This document shows positions 34,317 to 47,617 of a stretch of DNA of 64,000 nucleotides, piece by piece. The DNA is from Caecitellus pseudoparvulus. Lineage: Eukaryota; Protista; Bigyra: Bicosoecida. Where the stretch lies: assembly GCA_965644315.1 (NCBI GenBank), contig CBFFRQ010000030.1, positions 1-64,000 on the forward strand, given 5' to 3'. Numbering within the stretch: position 1 is the stretch's first letter; each line of letters starts with the position of its first letter. Position numbers and translations under genes: made by a program. The notes beneath the pieces were generated by a model. The model did no database searches. It worked only from the letters and a program-made list of their open reading frames with translations, and was not told where the DNA came from.

Positions 34317-37300
34317 TCAGGTCTTCCTGCGTTTTCCTCTGGAAATAATGCTGTACTCGCTCTTGCGGGCCAAAAAGGTTGACTTTGATATGAGCAAGTC
34401 TGCTCGGTCTTCCTTGATGTCGCCTGTCAGATGTTGGGGATTCACTGGCTCGCACTTCGTGACCAGTTCAAGCAGCTCGCCGCCGTCCAGCTTCATGAAC
34501 TCCGCTTCAATGACCTTGGACACTTCCTGGAACCTCCCACATACAGTTTTGCCATCACGCGGATCATAGAAGTACGCCCGCGTTTGCGCACGGGTGTTGA
34601 CCATGAGGTACCACTGTGGCTGCTCCATCAGGCTGAGCACATCCCCATCCTGCACTTCACTGCCGTCATCCTCGTCGTCCTTTGCGCCACAAGCTGCCTC
34701 AGACCTTGCCAGATCTGCAGCTGATCTTTCACGCTGTCTCTTTGTCCCGCCCAGCCTTTTCCCCGACCTCTGTGGCACTTGCACAGACAGGGCAGGCACT
34801 CTGTCGTGGCTGTCGCCATTCTCAAAAGACATGGAGTATGTGCCGTCGGCATGCCCCTGTGACACACGCCCAGGGTACCAACCATCGGGCCCATTCGTCC
34901 ACCCCCAGTCCATGGACTCTCCGTCCTCCCCTTGGCCGGGTGGGATGAATGCCCGTGCGATGACGGAGTCCCCCTCGTGGAACTTGGGCTGGAACGGGAC
35001 AGGCGGGTGGACAACTGACCTCTCCCTCGTCGCATGGATGTATCGCATGGCCTTGGGAATGTCTTCCAGACCCCTCTCTCTCCAAAGCTTGCCAAAGTCC
35101 CCCACCATGCGCGTCACCGCCTCAGTCCATTCGGCCTTGGGCACGTGTGCAAGGTGGCCGTGGTCCACTTGGTCTCTGACTGGGCCAAGACGGCCATCAG
35201 GGAAGCACTGAGCAAGCAGTGGCTGCGACCTATTCCCCAGTACAACGTACACACAGTCCCAGCCCTGCGCATCAAACGCCCGAACGATGTCGCCTCGAAT
35301 GGTTGTGACGGAGGCCGCCGCTGAGGGCTGGCCGAGACCTGTAAGGACATCCGGGCGCCAAAAGGCACCTGCACGCCGCTCCGCATCCTCTGAGAAGGCG
35401 CTCCATAACACCAGGCTTATCATCTGCGCCAGACAGTCCCCGCTCTCAGCTTTTCGCAGTCTGCGCAAGAGCGCCCAGTGCTTCGTTGCTGCCTTCGCAA
35501 GGCGCTGGACTGCCAAAGGAAGGAAGTCATCCACAAGCAGGAACACTGGCTTGGGGGGCACTCTTACCACTCTACTGACAAGAAAACCCTTGGAGTCTAC
35601 TATGATGGTGTGTTCAGGGTTGTCCGCGAGCCAAACGCGGAAGACTTGCTTCGTGGACACGGCATCCGCTCCCTCTCGAGCCACGTACAGAGTGTCCAGT
35701 TCGATCGCATCAAGACTGCCTTCAGCCGGCCTGGATGCAACTGGTGCACGTGTTGAAAACTTCCTCACCATGTTCTTGCTTGTAACAGACGATGGTTTCG
35801 TTTGTTGCGTCCGGCGGTTGGGGTGCTTGCAAAGAGCTGGTTGTGCGCTCGAAGTGCGTGAGTGCTTCAGTCTGCGTGCGTGTGCTGGGTCCACTTGGGA
35901 ACCCTTACCAGGCGAAGTTCGCAATGACTTCTTTCGTCGAAGTTTTCTGGCCACGTGCCCTGAAAAGTTCCCAGAGTTTGCAACGTACTTCTCCCTGCTC
36001 CGTGCCCCCGTGGCGGCGGCATCCAGCTCTGGAGCCCAGCAGATCTCTGGGTCGCACTCCGTTGCAGCCCGCTTTACAAGCCTGACTGCTGAGCTTGGAA
36101 TGGCTGAACCGAGCCGTTCCATCCTAAGTGCCAGGGCTGCCAGCTCCTTTGCAATCGCCTTGGCCTCTGGTGCGCTCGCCTCACTGGCGCCTTCAGTCGT
36201 TGAGGGAGACTCTGTGACAGGCGAGGCAGCACCCTCCGGGTCCTGGGCGCAACCAGGGCTCATCTGAGACCCATCAATTGGGATTGAGTCCGTCTCAGCG
36301 ACGCTCAGCTCTTTTCCCCCAAATGTTTCCGATATCTTGCCTGCGACATCACAGCGCAGGATCTCCTGAGCGTAGTGGCGTGCTGCCCAGCCGTGCTTGC
36401 ACGAAGCTGTGGACCCGTGGGCAGAGCAGTCGCAGATTGGGCCACATGTTCGGGGGTTTGCCAACGAGACGATGTAGATGGGATTGGTCTGTGACTCGCT
36501 GTGGATCTTGAAGGTCAGCGTCTTGCAGTCTTGCAGGTTGATGCGTTCCTCCAAGACACCCTCCTTCTTCCACCTCAGGAACATCTCGAGCCCTTTCTTT
36601 TTTGACTCTCTCGCCATTCGCTGTACGGAACTCCGGGCACCTGTCCTGTACGCCCGGGCCACTTCACGCCACTGGATGTACGACACTAAACAGCCTCTCT
36701 TGTCTGGCTCTGGCCCTCCTACAAGCGCAACGAGCATCTCATAGGTTGAATGGTTGTAGCGCCGCTTCAAGACCCGGTACTTGAGCATGTTCCACATTGA
36801 GTCAACATAATTTGTTGTGTTGTCCATGGAGCGGTCATTGCGAAACCAGAGTGCCCAAGTTGGCAGCCACGCGTCACACAGCCAGTTCGCCGCCAAGTAC
36901 TCCAGCGCTTTGCGGTACTTAGGATCAGCGCACTCGTCTTGCCTCATGACTTGCCAGTGGCGGTGGAGCTCTTGAGGCGACGTTGCCGTGAATAGAGTGC
37001 GGGCTGCATCCGTGAAGGTGGTCTTGCTCTCTTGGTCTGGAAGGGTCATGGTGACGCTCTCGTTCACAGCCTTCAGAGCGTGGAAGTGACAGAGGAACAG
37101 CTTGCTATGCAGCATGCGTTCCAGCATCCGCACTTCTGGGATGTGTCTGAAGGCGCTGAGTTCATGGGCATGCTCGCAAAGCGCCTAGATGGTGTCATGA
37201 ACTGGTAGCCACTTCGCCTTGCTGGCATCCTCCACCGCGCCGAAGTCGCCCAGCTGCCGCTGGGCCGCCTGGGCAGAGACCTGCAGCGAACGGGACACGT

Positions 37301-39011
37301 TGGGATCACTCCCCACTTTGTCCAGCAGCCTTTTCATCTTGGTCCCCACGTGCCATGCGAAGGCGGAGTGGCCATGTGGGCACTTGTCCATCATCTTGGC
37401 AGTGAGGTGAAACGCACCACCCAGCTCGGCCTCCATCTTCTGGTACGACCACACGAGAGCTTGGGCTAGGGCCCCAGGCACTGTGTGTTCCCCTGCATGG
37501 AAGTACATGAACGCAACTGGGATGCCATGTGAGGTGTGCGGTGACCTGTACAGCCACGTGAAGAGCTTTGACTTGAACTTGTCGGTGCCTCCCGTGTCGT
37601 CTTCGTACACCAGGGAGTTCTTGGACTCATTGTACTCGCTTGTAGCTGCATACTTCATCATTTGCGGCGTGATTATGAGCAAGGCACAGAAGTCCTCCGC
37701 CTGGTTGAGCTTGTTGAGGTGGAAGTAGGTGTTGGTCGTGTCTGCCGCCGCCATGTCCACACACGCCTGAAAGACAGACATCCCCCCGCGCTGCTCTCGC
37801 TTCATTTTGTCCAAGTATCCCTGGATTGCAGCAGGTGAGGGGTGGATGTTGAACAGTCCATGCTGGCGTCTGAGACCAGCGTCCTGCATGAGCTGGCACG
37901 TGGCTGTGTGCTTGTCTTTGAGCATCTGCTCGTGCTCCATGTATACCTCAGGGGTTGAGCGCTGTGTCTTGGCTAGGAGATAGGTAAGGATGTCAAGCAT
38001 GGATGCGCCAGGCATGCTTGCTGCCCTTCGTTTGATGATTTCCTTCACCACGGGGCTCAGGGGCAGAGACATGTACTCCGCACGACCGACCTGCTTAGTC
38101 GGGTCAACGGGTTCATCGATTGCGAAGTACTTTGCAGGGGTGTGGTTATGGTGCATGCAAACCTCCAGAGTGTACCCCTTCTGACTTAGGGTCACCCGTA
38201 TCCTGAAAGGGCACTGCTGGCACAGTCTCTGTGGTGAAGCTAGAGCAGCGTCACGCTGTTGCGGATCGTGAACAGGGCTGCTTGATTCTGGACTGCAATC
38301 CGAACTTGCAGAGTCAGGGCTTGTATGAGCGCATGCAAAAGTCAACATGACTTGCCCCTGCTTCCCGCGCCATGGTTTGTTCTCCAGCTTGATGAGGCAT
38401 CCAAACTCCCTCGCCGCTTGTGAGAGCGCTGGGCCACATTCCTCGAGCGGGCCAAATCGAATGCGCTGCCCGAGTGACCGTCGGTGGACAAGCAAGGCTT
38501 GCAGAGGATTTCTTGCTTCCTTTGGTGTTTGCGGGGTGCTGGAGACTGTGTTGTCTGTCCGGGGAGTCCTGTCCACACGGGATAGTCGGACCTGGATGAC
38601 GGTGGCCTGAGCAGTCGCAGGCGCTAGAGTCAGTTGGCTATGGTGCCGGTGCTCCTTCAAGATGAGCGTCCCTTGATGAGACGCAGCTCGCACGGCGCGC
38701 ACGACATCCAAAGGCGCCACTTCAGCATGTCTGGTTGCTGCCAACACATCTCGCAAGCGGGTCAAGGCTTCTCTGTTCTCCAAAACGCAGTGCTTATCTA
38801 CCTCATCGGGTAGTTTGCCAATGCTCGCCATGTTGAACACATTGGCGAGAGTCAGCTCAAGGTCTGGGTTGAGCTGCAGGCACGAGCGGATGGCTTCAAT
38901 CACGCGTGCAAAGTCCAGCAGCACAGGCGCGGGAGTCTCGACGTGGGAGCAAGAGCTACTGGCAATGCCACTCTGAGCTGGTGCTTGTGGCGTCGCTGTC
39001 AAAGAGGGCAA
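34317..39011 (-). pseudogene. Mutator/MULE-type DDE transposase with WRKY/FAR1-like N-terminus, SWIM finger and C-terminal Tudor domain; in-frame TAG at 37185-37187
   Basis: Motifs CPFRIRV...HNH, YEDDTGGT...GIPVAF, MMDKC, LCHFH and TTNYVDSMWNMLKY are present, with SWIM CDC..CKH and Tudor-like FHEGDSVIAR...WYPGRV...DGTYSMSFENGD. ORFs 37185-39011 and 34317-37133 are in the same frame, separated by one stop. Confidence 0.85.
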
Positions 39012-41442
39012 CCGGACTCAGGCCGAAGTCCAGATAAGCAGCCAGCCCAGCCCACGCATCCCTGTCTGGCCTTCCCTTGTGAAGCTCCGCCCAGCTTTTG
39101 GCCAAGCTGAAGGCAAGGAGGTCACTTGCATGTGCACCATCTTCCTCCATGCCAGCCCTGACCCTTGAAGCTTCGAATTTGTCAAAGAAGACGTACATGT
39201 GCCCAGGTACGTCCACTGCACACTTGCCTGCAAGCTCGGCAAGGGTGGCCAGGTCTCCTGGGAAGTCATGGACAATGACGCGATCGTACGCGTGAAGCGG
39301 CAGGTCCAATGCCACAAACGTTGAGCTCACGCTCACGCAGAGGCCTTGTTGTGTTTGAGGCGACCCACCAGAGCATTGGGGCTCAAGGGCTTCCGTGTCA
39401 CTTCGCGCCAGAGCTTTGCGGACACGCCTGTCCAGCGCGTTTGCCGTGGCTTCGTCCCGGCACACAACAAGCACCCTTTCGAAGCTCTGGAACTGAGCTA
39501 AAAGCTTGAAAACTTCATCAAAAGAGTGGCGCTTCGTGTCTGCTGCAGCAGACCTTGGGCGAGCTCCGCTGCTGCCCCTCGCCAGGGGTTGTGTGTCACA
39601 TGCAGCTGCACTGCAGTCCGGACACTGCGCCTGGCAATGGCAGTGTGCTCCGGGGCAAGGTGCAGGTACGAAAGGATGCGAGGCACGGTGCCTGGCGCAG
39701 CTACAGTGCACGTGGCGAGGACAGGGATGCTTGCTGCTTGGGCAGCCTGGCTCAGCTGCCTCAGGGGGTCACTGTCGACTTGCATGAGTGGCAAAGGACC
39801 CGCAGGCAGGTTCATGACGAGTGCCGCAAACATTCTATGTTCACGAGTCGACGAAGTTGTCGACAAGAACTGCATCGCCTGTGGGATGGACGCAACAATC
39901 ACCGCCCCTTGCGTCAAGCTTGGATGGCGAGCGGCATCGCTGGGAACCATGTCACCAGCCGACGCACAGGTGGCGACGCAGTCCCCGAACGAAGGCACTT
40001 GTCCGACTGCAAGCTTGCGTGCCACCTCACAGTCGCAATCAACTTCATCGGAGGGCAAGATGCACGCTGCTATTCCACTCATAAGCAGGCGCGACACCTT
40101 TGCCCAATGCTTGGATGGACAAGAGCTCGCCAGGAGGACAACCCCCTGCAAAGTGCCAGCCAGCAAACCGAGAAGATCCGCTTGATCGTTATCCAGGGGC
40201 GAAATAACAAGCGAGTGCTTCCCTGCACGGGTGCTTTGAAGTACTTGGGCGTGGTGAGGCTGTGGGCTTGCTCGGCCCCCCAGCACCGCCTCGATCGCTG
40301 CCGGTTGCCCTCCACCAGCGCCTCCGAGTGCAGCCACAGAGCTTGAATCAGAAAGGCAGAGCTTCTGGAAGTCTAGAGCCTTGACGAGCACCGCTGCGTG
40401 TGCACCAGTCGCGGGCTCCACCACTTGTTGGGGAGTGGACTCTGCCTCTGTGCCTCCGCCTGCCCCCGTGGCTGGGCTGGGCGCTGCAGAGCTCCCAAAC
40501 CGCCGTGTCTCGATTACTGTTTCCTCTCTAGCCCCTGGAAGTTCAATATCCGCGTCGTCTGAATCCTCAGCTTTGGCTGCCTGCAGCCTGGACGACTTGC
40601 GAGAAGCACGTGCATGGCCCGCTTCCCCTCCGGCCAAGGATGCACAGTGTCTCGGTTCCACAGCCCTGATGCTGCTGTGGCCCTCAATCAAGAGTGTAAG
40701 CACTTCGACTCCAAGGAGTTTGACAACTTCCTGTGCGACTTGAGCCTTTGTCCAACCTATGGGACGATGTGAGGACTCCTGTGCTCTGCGATGGACTGCG
40801 CTTGCGCCTGCAGCGACGAAGCTCTGGATATACTCCTCCTTGATAGCCCATTGATGTTTTCCTGTCAGTCTCTGTTGTACCGCCTGCAAATAGAGCTTGC
40901 AAAGTGTGGGGGCGAGTGCTTAGGAGCCGAAGATAGCGACCCGCCCTTCTTGCGAGGTAGCTAGCGCCCCTGCCGTTCTTTTAGAAGCCGCCATCCTGTG
41001 CCAAGGCGAAGATTATTGAGTCCCAGGTATCTGCAGGAAGTAGGTATGTTCCCCCGCTTGAAATGAGGTGCACTGTGTCGCAGCTTGCGTCCTCAGGAGG
41101 GTCATCTGTGACCTGCAGCGCATCCTCTCCGGCTAGTGACAAGATGGACGACGCCAGAGCGGCAATCCGGGCCTTTGAGACACCCTCATCGAGCATGTGA
41201 GAGTCCCATAGAACCTTGCAGCCCCTGGTCATGCTCGATACGTGCGTCAAGTCGACTGTGGCAGGCACACTGCCTCTGGATGTGAGCCTCTGCGATTTCA
41301 AACCAGGCCTCTTCATGGAATTGAGCATGATCTGGGCAAGGCGACGAGAAGCCAAAGCGCCAAAGGACACTGAACATAATTTCATGCCTGTGGCATGCTT
41401 CACGTATGTGTGGGTGGTGCTTTTCTGGCCAACAGATGACAT
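38956..41442 (-). pseudogene. Degenerate RecQ/SF2-helicase-like region upstream of, and probably fused to, the MULE transposase
   Basis: The RecQ-like N-terminal pattern PQPHHAQVLQSTRAGKHSLVISP...GVVLLASS...LMSGIAACIL and the HelicaseC-like VCVSVSSTFVALDLP..DRVIVHDFPGDL...LAGK lack Walker A, DExH and motif VI residues. Broken by frameshifts (~40890, ~39550, ~39000) and a TAA (40981). Confidence 0.5.
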
Positions 41443-42572
41443 TTTAGGTGGAGGGTGTCTGAAACGCCTGTGTAACGCCAGGGGGGGGAAATGCACGTAA
41501 GCCCGTACCTCACGACACCTGGAAGTCCCGCAAACAAGAACACGTTCAGAGGGAGAAAAGGCACTTGGAGAATACGTTGCAGTGCAGTTTGAGAGTCAAT
41601 TTTCCAAATTCAGGCTAAAAATGCGTTGCTTCAGCACCACCCAACCTACAAGCACGTAGAGTGGCGTCCGGTGTGCGGAATATGACGGACGTGTTGTCGC
41701 TGAAGCAGGTTGAGCCTGGCAGCGCCGACTGCTAGCAAAGCTGCACAAGACAGTAACTTCACCAAAATGACTCTGGCAAGGTGCCCAAGTTCCGCGCTGT
41801 GTGCGAACTGCATGTCCATGGTGTTTTTAGAGGTTTCTACTCCTGCACACTCTGAAGTGAGAGAATGGTCTGGTGCGAATGTCTGGAAACGGACAACCAT
41901 CTCATTGAAAGGAGGTTGGTGGGTAGACAAGCACTTTTCGCTTTTTGATCATGTCAGAAGTGGTGAAAAGGGCAGCAATTACGTGTCTTTTAGTTCCACT
42001 TGCAGCAATCGTCTTCCGAGGCAGAGGATCAGATGTGGTCTGCACGATGCTGAACGGCGGTCGCGCGGAGTCGCCTCGGTCAGGCAACCCAAGAACATCC
42101 GGCTGTGTGGGCGACGATGCCACTGTGACTTGTGCCCGCGTTTCCCGCAGACTGCGTCAGCCTTCATCTGTGCCTGATTGCATGTGCAGCGCAAAGTGGT
42201 ACTGCGGTCGCTTCTGGAGACCTTGGCAGGTGGTCGCCCACCAGCCAACAACCTTACAGTTGCTGGTTCGCGCCAGTTGGGGAAACAGTGTCTGTTCATC
42301 TCATGCTTGAGGGAGCTGTGGCACACACCAAGACCAGGAAGTACAATGATCACATCAAAAAGCCCTATCCCAGTCAAAGTTGCTTGCCCTCAGTTTCCAC
42401 GTTAGCACAAGTGCTGTTCGTTCCTACTCTCGCCTCGTGTCCCAGACCCTCAAGACTCTTCGAAGTGTGCTCCATCCAACGCCGATCCAAGCAACGCACG
42501 CAGCCGCTTCAATCTCTCAATACTGCGTCTTTCAATTACATCCCACAAAAAATCTTAACCATCAAACACTCA

Positions 42573-45500
42573 TTACTGGCCTTTAGGTCTCTCCTGCTCA
42601 GCTTTGGTGCCTGCCCCGCTTCCGGATCCGGCATCCGCAGCAGCCTTTGTTACAGCTGCCGCCGCTTGGGCCTCCTCTTGTTCTTTCCTGTGGAAGTGGA
42701 AGAAGCCCCGTGGGTCAATGACCATGCGGTTGAGCAGGTCAGGTCCCAGTTCGCGGGCAAATTCAGCCAATCTTGGCAGCAGAATGTCTCGCCCGTGCTG
42801 CGTGATGGCTGCACAGGTAAAGTACTGCACAGGCGCGGGAAATGGAGGCAACGACTGAGCTGCTTCAAGCGCACGCGCACATTGACCCTTGACCTCCTCA
42901 GACACCATTGCATCACTTGAAGCTCCAGACGGCGCCGGCAGCCACGAGGAATCCCCGAGCATGTCGGCCAGCGACTGCAGCACTCCGTACAAGCCTCCAG
43001 GATGTCCTTGGTCCGCCATGGCTCGCACGTCCATGGGTGTGATGCCCATTTCAGCCAGCCGTGACCAAGGCACTCGCTCGAGCACATCAGCGCCTACCTG
43101 TGACGGCCTAGCCCTCGCACGCTCGGCAACAACAGCCGCACTCTCCAACGGCATCCTGGGGGGCGTGCGTGCTGAAACGCCATTCTCCAGCAACACGCCC
43201 GGAACGACCCTTGAAATGACTTCATCTTCGTCGACAACGCGTTGCGCGCCCAACAGCATGCCTAGGTCAGAGTCCCCCGGCTCGTGTGCGCCAGGCTCTG
43301 CTGCCACTTCCACCAAGGAGGGCAGCTTCTCAGCGTCCAGGCGGCGCAGCACCTCGGGTGAAATGCGGACCCAAGCTCCAGTGTGGGGACACTGCAGTTC
43401 GCTCGGGGCGTACTGCACCTTGTACGCCATTTGGCTGCAGCCGTGGACGTAGTAGTTGGCGTCCCAGTGTCGCAGAAGAGGCGAGTGCAGGGATAGGCGC
43501 TGCGTCATGTAGATCTCTAGCAGCGCCGAGACCTTGCCCCACTGCATGTGCCGCAGTTCAGGCCAGTAGAAGCAGTACACCGAGGCAATGCGGGAAGGCA
43601 GAATGTCCAGGACGGAGATGCAGGCCAAGTGGCCGTCCAGGTACAGCTCCAGGAAGAACGTTCCGTAGCCAGCAGAGCCATCCATAGGCAGGAGCTGGCC
43701 TGGCACGTCGCCTGCCGCAGACTGGTCGGCCCATGCACAGCCTTCGGGTGTGAGTAGGCTGTTGAAGCTGTCATGGAGCTGGGCAAACGAGCTGGACATG
43801 GTCCACCCTGCCCACGAGGATGACACGGCACTGGGCGCCGGGCCAGGAGACACCTTGTCCTGTTCAGCTTGCACCGCCGTCACATTCGCAGCCGCAGTGT
43901 TGGTCCAGGCACAGGGTGGCGCCACAGGTGCAGCATCCCCTTGAAACACAAACGGGAAGGGGGGTGATCCACGCATCCGAGCTCGTTCAGCCAGCCACTC
44001 CCATGCAGGGAAGGTCAAGTGCATGGTCTCCAAAAAGGCAGCACGGTTCGGTGCGACACCGCTGTCAGGGGCATAGAGGTAGTCCCAGCTGTCACGCGCA
44101 CACTTTGTGTGGGTTGAAGTTGTGTAGCCCGCTCGCACGTGCAGCAGACGAGCCACCGCTTCCTCGCTCGTCTCAGCGAGCGGGTCACCTTGGGGCGGGC
44201 TGGGAGACATGGGAGCAGTCAAATCTGACAATGCAGGTGCTGGGCTAGTCCAGTCCAGGTCTCTTCCACGCAGTCGCAGAGCTTGCTTGAACTCCCCGCT
44301 GAGCCCGCTGCCCCATGTGTCTGCGCTTGAGCCGCTCTGGGCTTCGTCGTGCTGGAGCAGACTCCTGGCTTCATCAACAAAAAAAGCTGAGTTGATGTCT
44401 TCAACATGTTCAGAAGCGTGCGATACTCCAAACCTGTGGGCTTGTAGAGCGTGTGAGCAGCCAGAGTCGGCCTCAGCCTCCTTTTCCGTGACGCGCTTGG
44501 CTGGTTTGCGGTGACGAGCGTAGGAACGGGCATCTGCCGCGTGCTGTCCGGGGGACACAACCACTCCGGGCGCTGGCAGGATAGGGGACTTGACCATGTG
44601 TCGGATGAACGCGGCCTTGCCTTGCGAGTGTGGCTTTGCCATGTGCTGCGACATCTGTGAAGCGGGCGGAGGCGCAACCAGGATGCGTGGCAAACCAAAG
44701 CACAGCAAACCTTGGCTCAACCAGTATACAAAAACACACACACCAAACCTCAGCAAAACCAACGAGCGTGGCAATCAAACCCAACCTTCTGGCACAAACA
44801 GTCCACGCATGGCAAAGCACAACTTTCAACAACGAAAGTGTATGGCAAGCGAAACAAGCCCCAGCACAACCAACATACGTGGCATGGCAAATCAAACCCC
44901 ACCGAATCCAAAACATGCGGCAAAACCAACCAAACCTCAACAATAACAACACGCATGGGAAATCAAACTGCACCTCACTTCACTCACATTGAATCGCGCG
45001 TACATCTCATGTGCTTGCGTGCTGTACCGTGGCCTCGCGAGCCTGGCAGTCAGCCGGTGGCAGGCGGGACCCAGGTCACCTTGCTGCGCCTGCCATGCCT
45101 GCTCCCGCTCCCTGAGGCTGCGCAGCAAGTCTCCTTGGTGTCCGTCCCCGTGCTCGCCTGCAGAGAGCAGTGCCCGAACTTCAGTTTGGTCTTGGAGCCG
45201 CTTCTCAAGCGTGCTCTCATCCACTTCTTCATCGTCCGACACCTCCAGCCCCTCTCCTCCTACCTGCACAGTTTTGGAGCCCCTGACCGCACGGGGCGCA
45301 CTTTGCTCTGCTGCTTCCCCTCCTGCACTGACTGTGCTGGCTGCTGCCCCTGCCACCTGCGCTTGATCGGCGGCCGTCTCTTTCTGAAAGGGCCACGTTG
45401 CAGGACTCGCGGCACACGCTGCCGCCTCCTCTGTCCCGCTGCCGGACACCGCTTGCCCCGCTGACGGGACCAGCATCAAGAAGTGTCGATCAGCCTCAAG

Positions 45501-46427
45501 TCGAAGCCCGCATGTGCCCTGCAGGGCCGCCACCAGGTTCGCTAGACGACTCCCAGGTGCCGCAGAGCTCCATGCTAAGACGATGCGTTCCCCCAGCCAC
45601 TGGGCCTGGCCCTGTCGCGTCTCGCTGGCAGCCACCACACCGCAGGCCACAGTCCCTGCCAGTCGTAGGGCCAGGCCGCAGCTCAGTTTCCGGCCTTTTC
45701 CCCGTGGCTTGCAGAGGCTGCTCGCTGAGAGGGCGTTTGGCCGGGTTGTGGGTGCTGCGAGGACTTGCAGCCACGGAGGCACTTCGAGCGACAGCTGCTC
45801 CAACGCAGACACTGCTGCACAGCTGATGGCAACCCCTGCAGCAAACTTCAAGGGGTCAATGTCTTGGCTGTGCTCACAGGTGGCGCCTGGCTGCTTTGGT
45901 GGTTGTAGAATTGGACGCGTTCCTGAGAGGTACCCGCCGAGCTTGCGCAGCGTACGGGCTTGCTGCTTGCTCAGCTCGAGGGATGGCGCATGGAGGCGAA
46001 TTCCGAGGTTGGGGCAGCAGCTGCCTTGGTTGTCCGGCTTGTACAAGTAGTTCCCGCTGCGAAAAAGCAGACGGTGCAGTGCCAACGAGCCAGTGCCACG
46101 CAGCCTCGCCCAGAACGCACCTGCGCATCCAGTTGCGCTCTAGAAGCAAGTCATAGTCCGCTGCTGTAAGCCTGAACACGTGCCCGCCAATGCACTTGCG
46201 ATCTTTGTTCCCTGGCGCCGGTTAGGAGACAGGCGTGGTGGGCTGTGCTGGAGCGTCGGCTGATTCCGCAACCACACCGTACCTGGCCTACGGCAGTAGC
46301 TGCACTTGGACGAATACGGCTTGTGCGGCTGGTACATGGAGTACTGCCCCAGTTCCTCCTGCAGGCGGGATTCCCGTGGCGGGAGGTCTAGGGGGCGCGC
46401 AGCCGGGTGTGGAGACGCCTGCGCCAT
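42573..46427 (-). CDS. ATE1: Arginyl-tRNA--protein transferase; 4 exons (46427-46283, 46211-46121, 46056-44988, 44654-42573)
   Basis: ATE_N motifs CSYC, DYDLLLERNWMRSGNYLYKP and CCPNLGIRL; ATE_C motifs YGTFFLELYLDGHLACISVLDILP..SVYCFY and NYYVHGCSQMAYKVQYAPSELQCP. GT-AG introns restore the frame. Confidence 0.9.
44690..44975. repeat. Low-complexity AC-rich tract with degenerate GGCAA/CAAACC units inside ATE1 intron 3
   Basis: Recurrent TGGCAA(A), CAAACC and CAAC units, with strong A/C strand bias. Confidence 0.6.
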
Positions 46428-46786
46428 GCTTCTTCGACGCTGTTTGGCCTGCCCAGGCTCCACGCCGGGCCGATTGCGGGTTCCTGCGCTCGACAGGGTT
46501 CCACGACAAATCCATACCGGTTGCATGCTCATTCTTCCAAGTGGGTCAAGGGGGTGGTTGTGAATTGCGTGGGCGGCGTGTATGAAAAACAAGCTTTTAG
46601 CCAATCCGAAGCGTACGACGCTGCCCGAGCACTGCCCATCTCTGCCAGCCACCCCAGCGCAACATCCAACTACATGCCCAAAATCTCGTGCTTCTCAGGA
46701 GCGCAGCGGGCCCACTGAGGCTCGCATCACAGCCACACTCGCTTGCCTAGCCGCCGGAACTCTGCATGCGCCCGCCACCCAGACAC

Positions 46787-47237
46787 TCACACGCCGCCTG
46801 TCAGCGATGCATCGTCCACAGCAATGGGCTCAAATGTGTCCCCGCTCTTGCGGAAGACCAGGTACAGGATGTCGTCCTCCTTCAGTGTGGACTCCCCGAC
46901 AGCCTCTGTGACCAGCTTCTCGTCTGGAAGCACGGTCTCCTGCGTTCAGTCAGAGGGAAGGCAAGGTTCACCTCGCCCTCATCCACACCATCCCTCCTTT
47001 TTCTACTCACCTTGTCGGGTCCAATGAGGCGAATGTCGTCTGTGGCCTTGCCGAGGAGCTTGGCAGTCTGGGATCGTAAGCGGCGAGTCAATTTCCGCGA
47101 GCAAATACTCATTCGCACCGCTCAGCGGCTCTCACCTGCGCGATGAGCTTCCCGAACGAGTCACTAGGTTCCACTAGCATGAAGATTGTCTCTGCCTGCC
47201 GCTTGATGCGAAGGTGCATGACTGCGCTGGACGCCAT
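46787..47237 (-). CDS. ELOB: Elongin B (ubiquitin-like); 3 exons (47237-47136, 47067-47011, 46939-46787)
   Basis: Spliced product MASSAVMHLRIKRQAETIFMLVEPSDSFGKLIAQ|TAKLLGKATDDIRLIGPDK|ETVLPDEKLV...LYLVFRKSGDTFEPI matches the Elongin B pattern. Introns are canonical GT-AG. Confidence 0.85.
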
Positions 47238-47617
47238 GGCTGGCGTTGCTGGACGAGTGGTGCTTGCTGTGAGTGCTCTCGCGCCTCGCAAGATGGCAGC
47301 AAAGCTTCTGAAAAGACGACAACTCCACAACTGCAAGCGAAACTTTGTGGCGGTGTGTTGATTTTGATTCCACCAGAATTGCACCCATCATTCCACGCGC
47401 TCTCCCGGCACCACCTCACAGCTGTGCAGTTCACGCTCTTCCCCATATCCAGCTTGGCGCCCACACCTCCCCTGCGCCCATTGCGGACTAACTGCCACCC
47501 CCAAGTAGTACCTGCGCCCCAACACGTCTCATCCTTCCCTTTGCTGCTCCTGCCTCACTTCAAAAACCCACCGCCACCTGGCGGACCACGACTCTCTCCT
47601 CTGCTCCCAACTCCACC

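Noticed and set aside
41640-42570. Short overlapping ORFs between the MULE region and ATE1
   Set aside because: No recognisable domain or consistent strand; left unannotated.
44655-44774. N-terminus of the 733-aa ORF as a separate membrane protein
   Set aside because: It is intron sequence. The ORF is the last ATE1 exon, starting at the acceptor at 44654.
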